Shown here: piece by piece, positions 29,858 to 40,672 of the stretch
Numbering within the stretch: position 1 is the stretch's first letter
How the letters are laid out: every line of letters begins with the position of its first letter
Assembly: GCA_963758635.1 (NCBI GenBank)
Contig: CAVWWD010000008.1
Location: forward strand, 832,001 to 896,000
Source: an uncultured Candidatus Rokubacteria bacterium
Lineage (GTDB): Bacteria > Methylomirabilota > Methylomirabilia > Rokubacteriales > CSP1-6
Direction of reading: 5' to 3'
DNA length: 64,000 nt
Position numbers and translations under genes: made by a program
The notes under the pieces: generated by a model
What the model was told of the DNA's origin: nothing
Databases searched by the model: none
Seen by the model: only the letters and a program-made list of their open reading frames with translations

Positions 29858-30037
29858 CGCACCCTCTCCTCCGGCTGGTGTCGGGACCTGCCACAGTCTA
29901 GCCGGATTTCGCCGACCCCGACATCGCTTCTCGGCCGTGTGCCGCCCACCATCGACGCGGGCGACGTGTGACCAGTGACGCTGGCGGGGCGGCCCTGCCC
30001 GTCGGGCTGTCGCCAGCGTCGTGGGTCCGCGGCCGCG

Positions 30038-33000
30038 TCATCCCGCCGCGCGCGACATGATGTTCCCGTACCGGTGCCGCACGCGGGAGATCGCCTGCTC
30101 GCGGAGGTACCAGCGGAGCTCCAGGCGCCCCGTGGCGAGGACCGGCGCGTCGATCACCGCGACCGAGGCGGCGTTCGCCGCCTCTCTCACCGCGCGGTCG
30201 GGCGCCCGCCAGACGCGGAGCCGCTCCAGGCCGGCGCCCCGGCGCAGGCGCTCCGCGAACGCCGCCGCCGACTCTTCGACGATCGCGACGCCCGGACGCT
30301 CCTGGAGCCACGGCCACGCCTGCGGACCCGCGAAACTCAGGGACACCGGCGTGCCGCAGAGCGTGGTCGCGATCAGCACCTGGAAGAGCGCCAGGTCGTC
30401 TCCGGCCTCGGCCGGGTCGACACGCACGGCGACACCGCGGCAGGGGCGATAGCGAAAGACGTTGTCCTCGCCGAGCACGCCGCTCGGGTCGTGACCGATC
30501 CCGAAATGGGTCCGCCACGCTCGCGTGTAGTCCGCGGCGGCGGCGCGGAGCCGCGCGGCGCCGCCGGCGGTGGTCTCACCGAAGCACCGCGACAGCAGCT
30601 CCGCGACCTCGGGCGAGAGATCGCCGTCCGCGACGGGCAGCGTCCGCTGGGTCCAGCGCGCGAGCTGGAGCACGTAGTTCGGGCCACCCGCCTTCGCGCC
30701 CGGGCCGACCGACGACGCCTTCCAGCCGCCGAAGGGCTGCCGGCGCACGATCGCGCCGGTGACGTGGCGATTCACGTAGAGGTTGCCGGCCTCGATCCGG
30801 TCGATCCAGCGCTCGACCTCGCGGTCGTCGAGCGACTGGATCCCGCTGGTGAGGCCGTAGGGCGTGTCGTTGGCGAGGTCGATCGCCTCGTCGAGGCTCT
30901 CCGCGCGCATGAGCCCGAGGACGGGGCCGAAGCACTCGGTACGATGGAAGAACGAGCCCGGCGCGACGCCGAGCTTGATGCCGGGCGACCACAGGAGGGG
31001 ATTGTCAGCATCCTGCCGGGGCTCGAGGAGCCATTGCTCGCCGGCATCGAGCGTGGTGAGCGCCCGGCGGAGCGCGGCGCCGGGGGCCTGCGTGAGCGGC
31101 GTGATCCGGCTGACCGGGTCCCACGCGCTTCCCACGTCCAGGCTCGCCGCGGCGTCGCGGAGCTGGCGGCGGAACATCGGGTCGTCGTAGACCTCGGCCT
31201 CGCAGATCGCCAGGCTCGCCGCCGAGCACTTCTGGCCGTTGTGGCCGAAGGCGGAGCGGACCAGGTCGCGGATGGCCTGGTCGCGGTCGGCGAGCCCGGT
31301 GACGATCACGGCGTTCTTCCCGCTCGTCTCGGCGAAGAGCGCGAGGTCCGGCCGCCAGCCCAGGAAGAGACGCGCGGTCTCGATGGACCCGGTGAGGATC
31401 ACCGCGTCCACGCGGGCGTCGGTGACGAGGCGCCGGCCCACGTCGTCGTCCGGGCAGGGCACGAACTGGAGCGTCTCGCGGGGGACGCCGGCGTCCCAGA
31501 GCGCGCCGGCGAGGTGCCAGCCCACCAGCACCGCCTCCGGCGCCGGCTTGAGCACGACGGCGTTGCCCGCGGCGAGCGCGGCGAGCACGCCGCCCGCGGG
31601 AATCGAGAGCGGGAAGTTCCAGGGCGGCGCGACCACCACCACGCCGAGGGGCTGCATCTCGCAGCCGTCGATCGCGCCCGCGACGTCGTGCAGCGCGCCG
31701 GCGTAGTAGCGCGCGAAGTCGATCGCCTCCGAGACCTCCGCATCAGCCTCGGGGAGGGTCTTGGCCCCGTCGACGATCATGGCGCCGATCAGGTCGGAGC
31801 GGCGCCGGCCGAGGACACGGGCGGCGGCCCGGAGCACCGCGCGGCGCTCCTCGGGCCGACGCGCGCCCCAGGAGGAGACGGCGCGCCGGGCGCAGTCGAG
31901 CGCCTCGTCCACGCGGGCCAGATCGGCGAGGGCATGGACGTAGCTCCGCCGGCCCGGGCGCGAAGGATCGTGCCGCGTGACCTGGGCGCCGGAGATGATC
32001 GCGCCGGCGACCTGGAGCGGGACCGCGGCGGGCTCGCCGCCGCTCCAGCGGGCAAGGAGCGCCTCGGTCCACGCGCGATTCGCGGGGAGGGACCAGTCGG
32101 TGTCCGGCTCGGTGTCGAAGGGCTCGTCCGCGTCGCCGTCGGCGGCGCCCCCCGCCTCCTCGGCGCGGCGGTCCTGGGAGCGGCGGGGCGCGTCGGACAG
32201 ACCCTCCACCACGGTGAACGCGGAGAGGAACCGGTCGGCCTCGCGCCGCCAGTCGTCCCCGCCCGGCGACAGCTCGAACACGTGCCGCAGGAAGTTCTCC
32301 TCCGCGGTGTTCTCGTCGAGCCGCCGCACGAGGTAGGCGATGGCGCTGTGGAAGTCCTCGGCGCGGACCACGGGAGCGTAGAGGAGGAGCCCGCCCGCCT
32401 CGGCCTGCACCGCCCGCGCCTGGTGGTTCGCCATGCCCTCGAGCATCTCGAACTCGACCATCGCCTCCACGCCGCGCGCGGCGCGCAGGACAAGGCCGTG
32501 GGCGATGTCGAAGAGGTTGTGGCTGGCGATCCCCAGGTGGACCACGCGGGCGTGATCGGGCCGGGTGCCGTACTCGACCATGCGCTTGTAGTTGGCGTCC
32601 ACCTCGGCCTTCGCCGGGTAGGGCGCCTGGGGCCAGCCGTGCAGCGACGCCTCGATCCGCTCCATGGCGAGGTTCGCGCCCTTGACGATCCGGACCTTGA
32701 TCGGAACGCCGCCGCGGCGCACGCGCTCGGTGGCCCACGCGCAGAGCGCGCGCTGCGCGCGGAAGGACTCGGGCAGGTACGCCTGGAGCACGATGCCCGC
32801 GGACAGCGCGAGGAACTCGTCCTCGGCGAGGACCTCCTCGAAGGCGGTCACCGTGAGGTCGAGGTCGCGGTACTCCTCCATGTCCAGGTTGATGAACTTC
32901 GGGGTGACGCGGCCGTCGGGACGGGTGTAGCGATGCGCGAGCGCCTGGCGGTAGAGGGCGCGCAGGCGGTCCTTGACGCGCTCGACGGTGGGCCGGAACG

Positions 33001-33604
33001 CGACGAGGTTGATCTGGCTGAACACCGACGAGACCTTGACCGAGATGTACTCGACGTCGTCGCGGGCCAGGAGCGCGCGGTACGCCTCGAGGCGGCGGCC
33101 GGCCTCCGCCTCGCCGAGGATGGCCTCGCCGAGCTGGTTCAGGTTCAGCCGGATGCCGGCGCGGCGGCGCTCGGCGAGATAGGCGGCGAGCTCCTCCTCC
33201 TCGCCGGGGAGGATGAGCGACTGCGTCTCCTGGCGCAGGCGGCTCACGATGGGCGGCACGACCACGCTCGGCAGGTAGTGGCCCATGACGCCGCCGAGGA
33301 CGAGCGCGGTGCGCTCCCACCAGTCCATGTAGCGGGGCGCTCCGTAGTCGGAGAGGAGATGCGCGAGCTGGTCGGCGATCCGCTCGGGGCGACGGCTACG
33401 GAAGGCCTGATCGATCAGGGCGATCGTCAGCTCCTTGCCGTCGCGATCGCCCATCATGCGGGCGAGCTTCCGGGCCTGCGCGCGCTCGGCGGCGGTCTGG
33501 CCCGCCCGCGCCTCGCGCAGGAGCCGCTCGGCGAGCGCGACCGCCTGGTGCGGAGGGTCCTCGCGGGCGGTGGGCGTCCGAAGGTCTTTGCGGAGCTCGT
33601 CCAC
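30038..33604 (-). CDS. putA: Bifunctional proline dehydrogenase / L-glutamate gamma-semialdehyde dehydrogenase
   Basis: NLNQLGEA, FINLDMEE, GIVLQAYL, RIVKGAN, ASHN, YLVRRLDEN; ALDH motifs PWNFP, FAETSGKN, GQKCSA, ECFGP. Confidence 0.95.
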   Translation of the reverse strand: MDELRKDLRTPTAREDPPHQAVALAERLLREARAGQTAAERAQARKLARMMGDRDGKELTIALIDQAFRSRRPERIADQLAHLLSDYGAPRYMDWWERTALVLGGVMGHYLPSVVVPPIVSRLRQETQSLILPGEEEELAAYLAERRRAGIRLNLNQLGEAILGEAEAGRRLEAYRALLARDDVEYISVKVSSVFSQINLVAFRPTVERVKDRLRALYRQALAHRYTRPDGRVTPKFINLDMEEYRDLDLTVTAFEEVLAEDEFLALSAGIVLQAYLPESFRAQRALCAWATERVRRGGVPIKVRIVKGANLAMERIEASLHGWPQAPYPAKAEVDANYKRMVEYGTRPDHARVVHLGIASHNLFDIAHGLVLRAARGVEAMVEFEMLEGMANHQARAVQAEAGGLLLYAPVVRAEDFHSAIAYLVRRLDENTAEENFLRHVFELSPGGDDWRREADRFLSAFTVVEGLSDAPRRSQDRRAEEAGGAADGDADEPFDTEPDTDWSLPANRAWTEALLARWSGGEPAAVPLQVAGAIISGAQVTRHDPSRPGRRSYVHALADLARVDEALDCARRAVSSWGARRPEERRAVLRAAARVLGRRRSDLIGAMIVDGAKTLPEADAEVSEAIDFARYYAGALHDVAGAIDGCEMQPLGVVVVAPPWNFPLSIPAGGVLAALAAGNAVVLKPAPEAVLVGWHLAGALWDAGVPRETLQFVPCPDDDVGRRLVTDARVDAVILTGSIETARLFLGWRPDLALFAETSGKNAVIVTGLADRDQAIRDLVRSAFGHNGQKCSAASLAICEAEVYDDPMFRRQLRDAAASLDVGSAWDPVSRITPLTQAPGAALRRALTTLDAGEQWLLEPRQDADNPLLWSPGIKLGVAPGSFFHRTECFGPVLGLMRAESLDEAIDLANDTPYGLTSGIQSLDDREVERWIDRIEAGNLYVNRHVTGAIVRRQPFGGWKASSVGPGAKAGGPNYVLQLARWTQRTLPVADGDLSPEVAELLSRCFGETTAGGAARLRAAAADYTRAWRTHFGIGHDPSGVLGEDNVFRYRPCRGVAVRVDPAEAGDDLALFQVLIATTLCGTPVSLSFAGPQAWPWLQERPGVAIVEESAAAFAERLRRGAGLERLRVWRAPDRAVREAANAASVAVIDAPVLATGRLELRWYLREQAISRVRHRYGNIMSRAAG

Positions 33605-33633
33605 GCGGAACTCGAGCGAGCGCTATCGGCCGG

Positions 33634-34849
33634 CTAGCTCCGTCCCGCGACGATCCCGGCAAGGCGGGGGCAGAGGCGGAGGGCGTTGCCGCCGAGGATC
33701 TTGCCGACGGGCCGTCGCGGTGAGCCGCGGGCGGTCCGCGACCTGCTGCACGCTCTCCGGCCACGCGGTGTCGCCGTGCGGCCAGTCGGTGGCGAAGAGC
33801 CACAGGTCCTCGCCCAGCTCCTCCACGCAGAACTCGAGCGAGCGCTCCCAGCTGTCGATGGCGTGGAAGTAGCGGCCCTCGGCCAGCACCTCGCGCGGCA
33901 GCCGCTTCAGGTTCGGCACGTGGTTGGGCGACATGATGTAGTGCGTGTCGAGCCGGTCCATGGCGAGGGGTAGCCAGCCGCCGCCCGTCTCGATGATGCC
34001 CACGCGCAGCGAGCGGAACGTGTCGAAGACGCCGCCGCCGATGAGCGCGCCGAGCGCGGCCATGCCCGCCCACGGGTTGGCGAAGCTGTGGAGCAGGAAC
34101 CACGCGCCGTCGAGGTCGAAGGTGCCCGGCCCGTAGGGCGGCCGCGCCGTGCCCCCGTGGGCGAGGAGCGGCAGGTCCAGCTCCTGGGCGGCCTCGTACA
34201 GCGGATGGAGGTCCGGATGGTCGAGCAGCTTCCCGTCCGGCGCCTGGGGAGAGATGTAGACGCCGACCAGGTTCGGGTCGCGCGCCCAGTGGCGGAGCTC
34301 GGCCACGCCCGCGGCCACGTCACGCATGTTGGCGACCAGCGTCCACGTGAGGCGGGTCGGCGCCTGGGAGCAGAAGTCGGCGACCCAGCGATGGTAGGCG
34401 CGGTACAGCGCGTTCTCGAAGTCGCCGTCGCGAAGCGCGCAATAGCTGGAGACGTGGGTCGGGTACAGCACGCCGACGTCGACCATCGCGCGGTCCATGT
34501 CCTCCACGCGCACCTTCACGTCCCAGCTCGCCTCGGGGCGGATCGGCGGTAGCGCGTCGGGCCGCCCCGGCGGAAACGCGCGCCGACCGCCTTCCATGCC
34601 GGATCGGCGGGTGAGGCCGAACGTGTCGCGCACGCCGAGCGGGCGCCCGGTCTCGATCGGCTCCACCACCGACGTGCGGCTCCCGAAGAGCGAGTAGCCG
34701 TGGCCGGCCTTCGCCTGCTGGGCGATGCCGTCGCAGAGCTGCCGGTAGGTGTCGCGGAACGCGGGATCGATGTGCCCGTCGTAGAGACGGTCGGCGCGCT
34801 CGACGATGTGGGAGTCCAGGTCGATGACGACGTCGCCGCGGAAGGCCAT
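33634..34849 (-). CDS. Amidohydrolase family 2 protein; 1 frameshift near the 3' end
   Basis: IDLDSH, EDMDR...LYPT, LFATDWPHGD; the likely true end reads KILGGNALRL...GRS* in another frame. Confidence 0.85.
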
Positions 34850-34878
34850 GGCTCTGCTCCTCTCTCAGGTTGTGTCTC

Positions 34879-35856
34879 TCAGGACGCGAGGAAGTCCGCG
34901 AAGTACTCCTCGGGGGTGATCTTCTTGCTCGTGAAGCCGAGCCGGAACGCCTCGGACGCGAACATGTCGATCTGCGCGCGGTTCCGCTCGAAGCCGTAGG
35001 GATGGAAGTCCTCGCCCATGGCGGACGCGGTGTCTTCCAGCTCGGCCTCGAGCCAGGGCGTGGCGTAAGGGAAGCCGCTCTGCGCGGCGGTGAACGTGTC
35101 GTTGGCGGCCACGAACGCGTCGGTGAGGCGGCGGGCGATCCAGGGGTTCGCCTCGAACGCCTCGCGGCTCAGCACGATCAGGTGCTGGGGCGGGAAGGCG
35201 CCGGTCTCGCGGAAGTACCGCTGCTCGATGCTCCGGAAGTCCGGGAAGAGGCGGGCGAGGGGGCCGTTGACCGGATGGTAGGCCTGCGGGCGGGGCGGGC
35301 TGTAGATGGCCTCGAGCTCGCCGGCCAGCAGCATGTCCGTGAGGGAGCGGCCCCGCGGGGCGGCGTTCACCCCGGCGGGAAGCGTCTGGTCCATCGGCGC
35401 CGACCACGGCGTGTCGATGTCGCCGATCCACCACTGGATGGCCGCGGGGTCCACGCCCACGAAGCGCAGGAAGTGGCGATACCAGATCGAGCCGCTCGCC
35501 GTGTAGCTGTACATGCCGATGCGCCGCCCCGCGAGGTCTTCCGCTCGCTTGATCGTGCCGCCGCGGCGCACGTAGAGGTCGCGGGCGGTGAAGTTGCGAA
35601 GCGGGAACACGGGCAGCCCGACGTGCCGGCGATCGCCCTTGTCGACGCGGTAGAGGTACTGCGCCATCGACCACTCGCCGCCCTGGACGGAGGTGTCGGC
35701 GACGGCGCGGCGGAGCATCTCGGCGCGGGCCGGCCACGAGCCGCGGCGCCCGAGGATCATGGTGAGCGCGATGCCCTCCGGCTTCACCTCGCCGGTGGCC
35801 AGCGGCATGACGCGGGCGTAGTCCGCGCACGTGAGCGAGATCGGAAGGTCGGGCAT
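34879..35856 (-). CDS. 4,5-dihydroxyphthalate decarboxylase-like protein (periplasmic-binding-protein fold)
   Basis: LTCADYARVMPLATGEV..EGI, GEWSMAQY, LPVFPLRNF, YFRETGAFPPQH, PYGFERNR. Confidence 0.75.
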   Translation of the reverse strand: MPDLPISLTCADYARVMPLATGEVKPEGIALTMILGRRGSWPARAEMLRRAVADTSVQGGEWSMAQYLYRVDKGDRRHVGLPVFPLRNFTARDLYVRRGGTIKRAEDLAGRRIGMYSYTASGSIWYRHFLRFVGVDPAAIQWWIGDIDTPWSAPMDQTLPAGVNAAPRGRSLTDMLLAGELEAIYSPPRPQAYHPVNGPLARLFPDFRSIEQRYFRETGAFPPQHLIVLSREAFEANPWIARRLTDAFVAANDTFTAAQSGFPYATPWLEAELEDTASAMGEDFHPYGFERNRAQIDMFASEAFRLGFTSKKITPEEYFADFLAS

Positions 35857-35959
35857 CGTCGCCTCCGGGGAGCCGAGTGGCCGGGGAGCCCGGCGCCCGC
35901 TAGCGTATCACCAGTGCGTCCGCCGCCCCCTGGCCCGTCCGCCCCGTTACAATCGAGGC

Positions 35960-36577
35960 ATGCGCCCACGGCACTTCTCGATGATCCGCGACTTCCACGT
36001 CGCCGACCTGTTCACGCTCGCCAACGGGGCCAGTGGCACCGCGGCGATCCTGCTCGCCATGGAGCACGTGCGCGAGGCGCGGGCGAGCCGCGTGTACGGC
36101 GTGGCCCTCCTCGTGCTCGCCGCCCTCGTCTTCGACGTGCTGGACGGCCGCGTCGCGCGGCGCCGGCACACCGCCTCGCCGCTCGGCCGCGAGCTGGACT
36201 CGCTGGCCGACGTGATCAGCTTCGGCGTCGCGCCCGCGTGCCTGGCCTACGCGGTCGGCATGAGCGGCCTCTGGGACGTCCTGGCCCTGCTCTACTTCGC
36301 GGCGTGCGGGATCAGCCGTCTCGCGCGCTACAACGTGACGGCGGAGGCGGCGAGCGCGGCCGGCGAGAGCGTGACCCACTTCGAGGGGACGCCGATCCCC
36401 ACCAGCGCGCTCCTCGTCTTCCTCCTCGCCATCCTCGCCGCGATGGGCCGCATCGGCGAGCACCTGCCGCTCGGCGGCGTGCGCCTCGGGCCGTTCGAGC
36501 TGCACCCCTTCGTGCTCCTCTTCGTCGTCTCGGGCTCGCTGATGATCAGCAAGACCCTGAGGATTCCGAAGCCCTGA
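35960..36577 (+). CDS. pssA: CDP-alcohol phosphatidyltransferase (phosphatidylserine synthase type II-like)
   Basis: FDVLDGRVAR...LGRELDSLADVISFGVAP, RLARYN, FEGTPIP. Confidence 0.82.
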   Translation: MRPRHFSMIRDFHVADLFTLANGASGTAAILLAMEHVREARASRVYGVALLVLAALVFDVLDGRVARRRHTASPLGRELDSLADVISFGVAPACLAYAVGMSGLWDVLALLYFAACGISRLARYNVTAEAASAAGESVTHFEGTPIPTSALLVFLLAILAAMGRIGEHLPLGGVRLGPFELHPFVLLFVVSGSLMISKTLRIPKP

Positions 36578-36702
36578 GGCGCTCTCGGTCGACAAGAGCT
36601 GCACGGGGCGAGAACGAACTACGCGGCGCCTTTCGTTCCGCCGGCGCCGCGAGCCTCCGCGCCGGAGTCGTGTTTTCGCGCAGTTCGCTGGGCGCCCCGC
36701 CC

Positions 36703-36717
36703 TGGCATCCGTCGTGC
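36703..36717 (+). promoter_or_regulatory. sigma54-like promoter upstream of the DUF1344-like gene
   Basis: TGGCATCCGTCGTGC (GG-N10-GC), about 52 nt before ATG 36770. Confidence 0.45.
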
Positions 36718-36769
36718 CGCATACGGGATAGCCGCAGGTCATTCCGATCCGACACAAGGAGGCTCTCAC

Positions 36770-37033
36770 ATGAAGCGTGCGGTCATTGCCGTCGTGCTGG
36801 CGCTGTTCGTCGTCGTGGTGGCGGGCGAGGCGTGGGCCCAGGACGTAGCCGGGACGGTCAAGGTCATCCAGGTCAAGGAGCGGGTCATGACGCTGGACGA
36901 CGGGACCAAGCTCTACTGGACCGAGACCCAGACGATGGCGCCGGAGATCAAGCCGGGCGCGAAGGTGAAGGCCACCTACGAGGCGGGGCAGGACGGCAAG
37001 TACCTGCTGAAGAAGATCGAGGTGGTGAAGTAG
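36770..37033 (+). CDS. Small exported OB-fold-like protein (DUF1344-like)
   Basis: AAGGAGG Shine-Dalgarno, signal peptide AWA; GTVK...MTLDDGTK...IKPGAKVKATYE. Confidence 0.8.
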   Translation: MKRAVIAVVLALFVVVVAGEAWAQDVAGTVKVIQVKERVMTLDDGTKLYWTETQTMAPEIKPGAKVKATYEAGQDGKYLLKKIEVVK

Positions 37034-37085
37034 GGCACGGATCGCGGCGGCCAGACCGGGACGGCCGCCTCATCGAAGCGACGGG

Positions 37086-37122
37086 CGGGGGAGCCGGCGG
37101 TCTCGAGCCGCCGGCTCCCCCG
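37086..37122. terminator. Hairpin between convergent genes
   Basis: CGGGGGAGCCGGCGG-N7-CCGCCGGCTCCCCCG, perfect 15-bp stem. Confidence 0.6.
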
Positions 37123-37133
37123 AGTCGCCCGGG

Positions 37134-37907
37134 TCAGCTCGCGCTGCGGGCGGCCTTCAGGTCGTCGAGCTGACGGCGCGCGCCCGCGGTCAGGCACGCC
37201 ACGTCGGACGTGAGCATGATGAGGTCGAAGCCGCGCTTCACGGCGCCCGCCGCGAACGCGGCGCTCGCGCAGTGCATGCAGGCCTTGATCCCGCGCTTGT
37301 GCGCGGTGTCGCGGATCTTGTCGCACGTGGCGAGGTGGGTCGGGTCCGGGTTGTCGCCGCGCGGCGGCAGTCCGAGCGCGTACGAGAGGTCGGCGGGCCC
37401 GATGTAGACCGCGTCCAGTCCCGGCGTCGCGCAGATCGCGTCGAGGTTGTCGAGGCCTTCCTTCGTTTCGATCATCGCCAGCACCACGATCTCGCCGTTG
37501 GCCTCGGCCTGGTAGTTGGCGCCGCCGTACAGCGCGGCGCGCAGCGGCCCGGACGAGCGCATGCCCACCGGCGGATAGCGGCACGCCGCGACGGCCGCCG
37601 CCGCCTCCGCCGCGGTGTTGACCAGCGGCACGATGATCCCGTAGGCCCCGGCGTCCAGCGACCGCATGATGATGGCCGGCTCGTTCCAGGGCACGCGGAC
37701 GATCGGCACAGTGTCGGTCTGGGAGATCGCCTGGAGCATCGGCCAGAGGTCGCTGAAGTCCGACAGGCCGTGCTGCATGTCGACGCAGAGCGCGTCGAAG
37801 CCCTGGCGGGCCATCACCTCCGCGGTGAAGCCGTTCGGCACCGACAGCCAGCCCATCGTGGCGCATGCGCCGTCACGCCACATCTGCTTGATCTTGTTCG
37901 CTCGCAC
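37134..37907 (-). CDS. HpcH/HpaI aldolase family protein
   Basis: GFDALCVDMQHG, VRVPWN, LDAGAYGIIVP, YPPVGMRS, MIET, IGPADLS. Confidence 0.92.
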   Translation of the reverse strand: MRANKIKQMWRDGACATMGWLSVPNGFTAEVMARQGFDALCVDMQHGLSDFSDLWPMLQAISQTDTVPIVRVPWNEPAIIMRSLDAGAYGIIVPLVNTAAEAAAAVAACRYPPVGMRSSGPLRAALYGGANYQAEANGEIVVLAMIETKEGLDNLDAICATPGLDAVYIGPADLSYALGLPPRGDNPDPTHLATCDKIRDTAHKRGIKACMHCASAAFAAGAVKRGFDLIMLTSDVACLTAGARRQLDDLKAARSAS

Positions 37908-37996
37908 GTGAGCACCTCGCGTCGTGGATTCGGCCGGCGGCCCGGCCCGGCTCTGGAGCGTAGCACAAAGCCGACATCGCGTATCATCGGCGGGCG

Positions 37997-38791
37997 ATGG
38001 CCACGAGCGACGATCGACCCGCGATGGCGGTGCGCACGCAGGGACGCGGCCCCGACGTGGTGCTCTTCCACGGCGGCATGGGCTGGTGGAAGCACTGGGC
38101 GCGGAACGTGGACGCGCTCGCCGAGCGCTTCACCGTGCACGCTCTCGACCATCCGTCGTACGGGGCGTCCGCGCCGGTGCCGCGCGAGATGACGGGCACG
38201 GAGTACCTGGACCTGATCCAGCGGCTGTTCGTCGAGTGCTTTCCCGGAGACGCGCCCCTGCGCTTCGCCGGGTTCTCCTTCGGCGGGGCCATCGCGTCGC
38301 GCCTGGCCCGGGTGCTCGGCGCCCGGGTCACGCACGTCTGCCTCGTCTCGCCCGCGGGCTTCGCGTCCCGCGGCCCGGTGGACCGGCCGACGCGCAGCTA
38401 TCGCGAGGCGGGCGACGACGACGCGTTGTTCCGGGAGATCTGCCGCCACAACCTCGCCGTGAACATGCTCGCGCGGCCGGAGAGCATCACGGACGAGGCG
38501 GTGGACATCCACGCCTACGGCGTGCGCCACACCCGCTTCAACAGCCGGAAGGTGAGCGGTGGCGGCACGCTCCTGGAGGACCTCTCGAAGCTCCCGGCGC
38601 GCGTCCGGGTGCTGTGGGGCGAGGGGGACGACTCCCCGTTCCGGCCCGCCGGGCTCCTGATCGATCGGCTGCGGGCCGCGCGGCCCGAGCCCCTCGACGT
38701 GCACCGCGTCCCCGCGGCCGGGCACTGGTCGGCCTTCGAGAACGCTCCGGAGGTCAACCGGCTGATGCTCGAGTTCTTCTCGACTTCCTGA
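37997..38791 (+). CDS. Alpha/beta-fold hydrolase
   Basis: LFHGG, DHPSYGAS, GFSFGG nucleophile elbow, WGEGD, AGHW. Confidence 0.88.
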   Translation: MATSDDRPAMAVRTQGRGPDVVLFHGGMGWWKHWARNVDALAERFTVHALDHPSYGASAPVPREMTGTEYLDLIQRLFVECFPGDAPLRFAGFSFGGAIASRLARVLGARVTHVCLVSPAGFASRGPVDRPTRSYREAGDDDALFREICRHNLAVNMLARPESITDEAVDIHAYGVRHTRFNSRKVSGGGTLLEDLSKLPARVRVLWGEGDDSPFRPAGLLIDRLRAARPEPLDVHRVPAAGHWSAFENAPEVNRLMLEFFSTS

Positions 38792-38833
38792 GCGCTTCTC
38801 GGCCTCCTGACCGCCGGTGGCCCGCGGCAGGGC

Positions 38834-40028
38834 TCAGGCCACCGATCCTCCGCGCCGGAGCGCGGCGATCTGCTCGGCGGTGTAGCCCAGCGCCGACAGG
38901 ACCTCGTCGGTGTGCTCGCCCACGCGCGCGGGCGGCCGCTCGAGCGAGGGGCCGTCGTGCTCGAACATGAACGCGGCGAGCGGCACGGTGACGGGCCGGT
39001 CTACCCCTGGGACCGCCTCGTGCCGGTGGAGTACACGCGCGGCTCGCCACCTGGGGATCGGCGAGAGCCTCGCGGAGCTCCCGCACGCGGGTGGCGGGCA
39101 CGTGGCGCGACTGCAGATACGCCTCCCACTCGTCCGCCGTGCGCTCCTTCATCTTCTCGGTGACGGCGGCGAGCTTCTCGTCGTATCGCGCGTAGCGCTC
39201 CTCCAGGCTCGACCGCTTGGCCTCCTCGGGATCGCCGATGGCCTCGTAGAAGCGGCGGTGCTGCCGCCCGTTGCTCGCCGCGAGCTGCACGATGCCGTCC
39301 TTGGTCGGGAAGGCCGAGGACGCGGCGAAGCGCATCTTGTTGCCGGCGCGCCGGGGATGGTGGCCCGAGTGGAGGTAGTCGGTGATGTGCGAGCCCTGGA
39401 GGATCATCGCCACGTCGAACATGGCGAGGTCGATGTACTGGCCGCGGCCGGTGCGCATGCGCTGGAAGAGCGCGGCGGAGATCGCGAAGGCGCCCATGGT
39501 GCCCGTCGCGTAGTCGATCATCGGCGCGCCCGCCTTGATGGGGCCGCTGGTCTCGGTGCCCGTGGACGCGGTGATCCCGGACGTGGCCTGGATGGCGTGG
39601 TCGTAGGCGGTCTGGCCGGTGCGCGGACCGGTCTGGCCGAACGCCGTCATCGAGGCGTAGATGAGCTTCGGATTGAGGCGGGAGAGGTCCTCGTAGCCGA
39701 GGCCGAGGGCCCGGAAGGCGCCGGGGCGGTAGTTCTCGACCAGCACGTCGGCCCAGTCGGCGACGAGGCGCTTGAGGGCGTCACGGCCCCCCTCGGTCTT
39801 CAGGTTCAGCGCGATCGCCCGCTTGTTGCCGCCCTGGGTGAGGAACCCCGTGCCCATGCCCGCGCGGTTCAGCTCGTGGTCCGCTCCGGACTCGCGGCTC
39901 TGATCGGGCTCGTTGGGGTCGTCCACCTTGATGACGTTGGCGCCGAGGACCGCGAGCTGGTAGGCGGCGAACGGGCCGGCGAGCACGTGGGTACAGTCGA
40001 CGATCTTGATGCCCTCGAACGGACGCAT
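38834..40028 (-). CDS. Class III CoA-transferase (CaiB/BaiF family); frameshifts near 39030
   Basis: GIKIVDCTHVLAGP, NKRAIALNLK, ENYRPG, AYDHAIQA; C-terminus PPARVGEHTDEVL in another frame. Confidence 0.88.
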
Positions 40029-40209
40029 GAGTGGCCTCCTTTCGGCGTGTGGGTCGAGGGTAGCAGAAGCGAGCGCGCCTTCTCTTGAGAACGTGTGGAC
40101 TCCTGGCGCGACCGCCGGCCCGGCGGCGGCCGCGCCGGGAAGGCGCGTGCGTGCTACGCTCGACGCCGTATCCGACCGCATCGAACACCCGCACAGAGGA
40201 GGCCAACCG

Positions 40210-40512
40210 ATGGCGTCAACGCCCCTGCCGCCGTGGATCCATCCGCTCGAGCAGCGCGACCCGGAGTTCGTCCTGTCCTACATGTCCCAGCGCGAGCGCA
40301 TCCTGAAGGACGGCGCGATCCCCGCCAAGTACAAGATCCTCATGACCATGATCGTGGACGCCATCCAGTCGCATCCCGACGGCGTGGCGAACATCGCGGC
40401 GCGCGCGCGGGGCGCCGGTGCCACCGACGCCGAGATCCAGGAGGCGGTGGAGGTCGCGTACCTCTTCGGCGGCACGCCCGCCCTGGTGACCGCGATGAAC
40501 GCCTTCAAGTGA
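40210..40512 (+). CDS. Carboxymuconolactone decarboxylase (CMD/AhpD-like) family protein
   Basis: DGAIPAKYKILM...ARGAGATDAEIQEAVEVAYLFGG; no CxxC. Confidence 0.85.
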   Translation: MASTPLPPWIHPLEQRDPEFVLSYMSQRERILKDGAIPAKYKILMTMIVDAIQSHPDGVANIAARARGAGATDAEIQEAVEVAYLFGGTPALVTAMNAFK

Positions 40513-40672
40513 AGCGCCCGCAGGGCGCCTCCATCACGGTCGACGCCGCTGAGGCGTTGAGCGAGCGCGCGATTCGCGAGACGCGGAACCTCGAAGACGT
40601 GGTGGCCGAGACCCTCGAACGCGAGGCCGGATGCTGATCCTGCCGCGCCGCTGGCTCGCCAGAGGAGCGGAC

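Noticed and set aside
29975..33637. Very long plus-strand ORFs (also 4239..6929, 10950..13289, 24220..26688, 57735..60971)
   Set aside because: Antisense shadows of real minus-strand genes, expected at this GC content; no family motifs.
36578..36769. Structured ncRNA or riboswitch in the pssA-DUF1344 intergenic region
   Set aside because: Only short GC hairpins and a sigma54-like motif; no riboswitch consensus recognised by eye (an Rfam scan would settle it).
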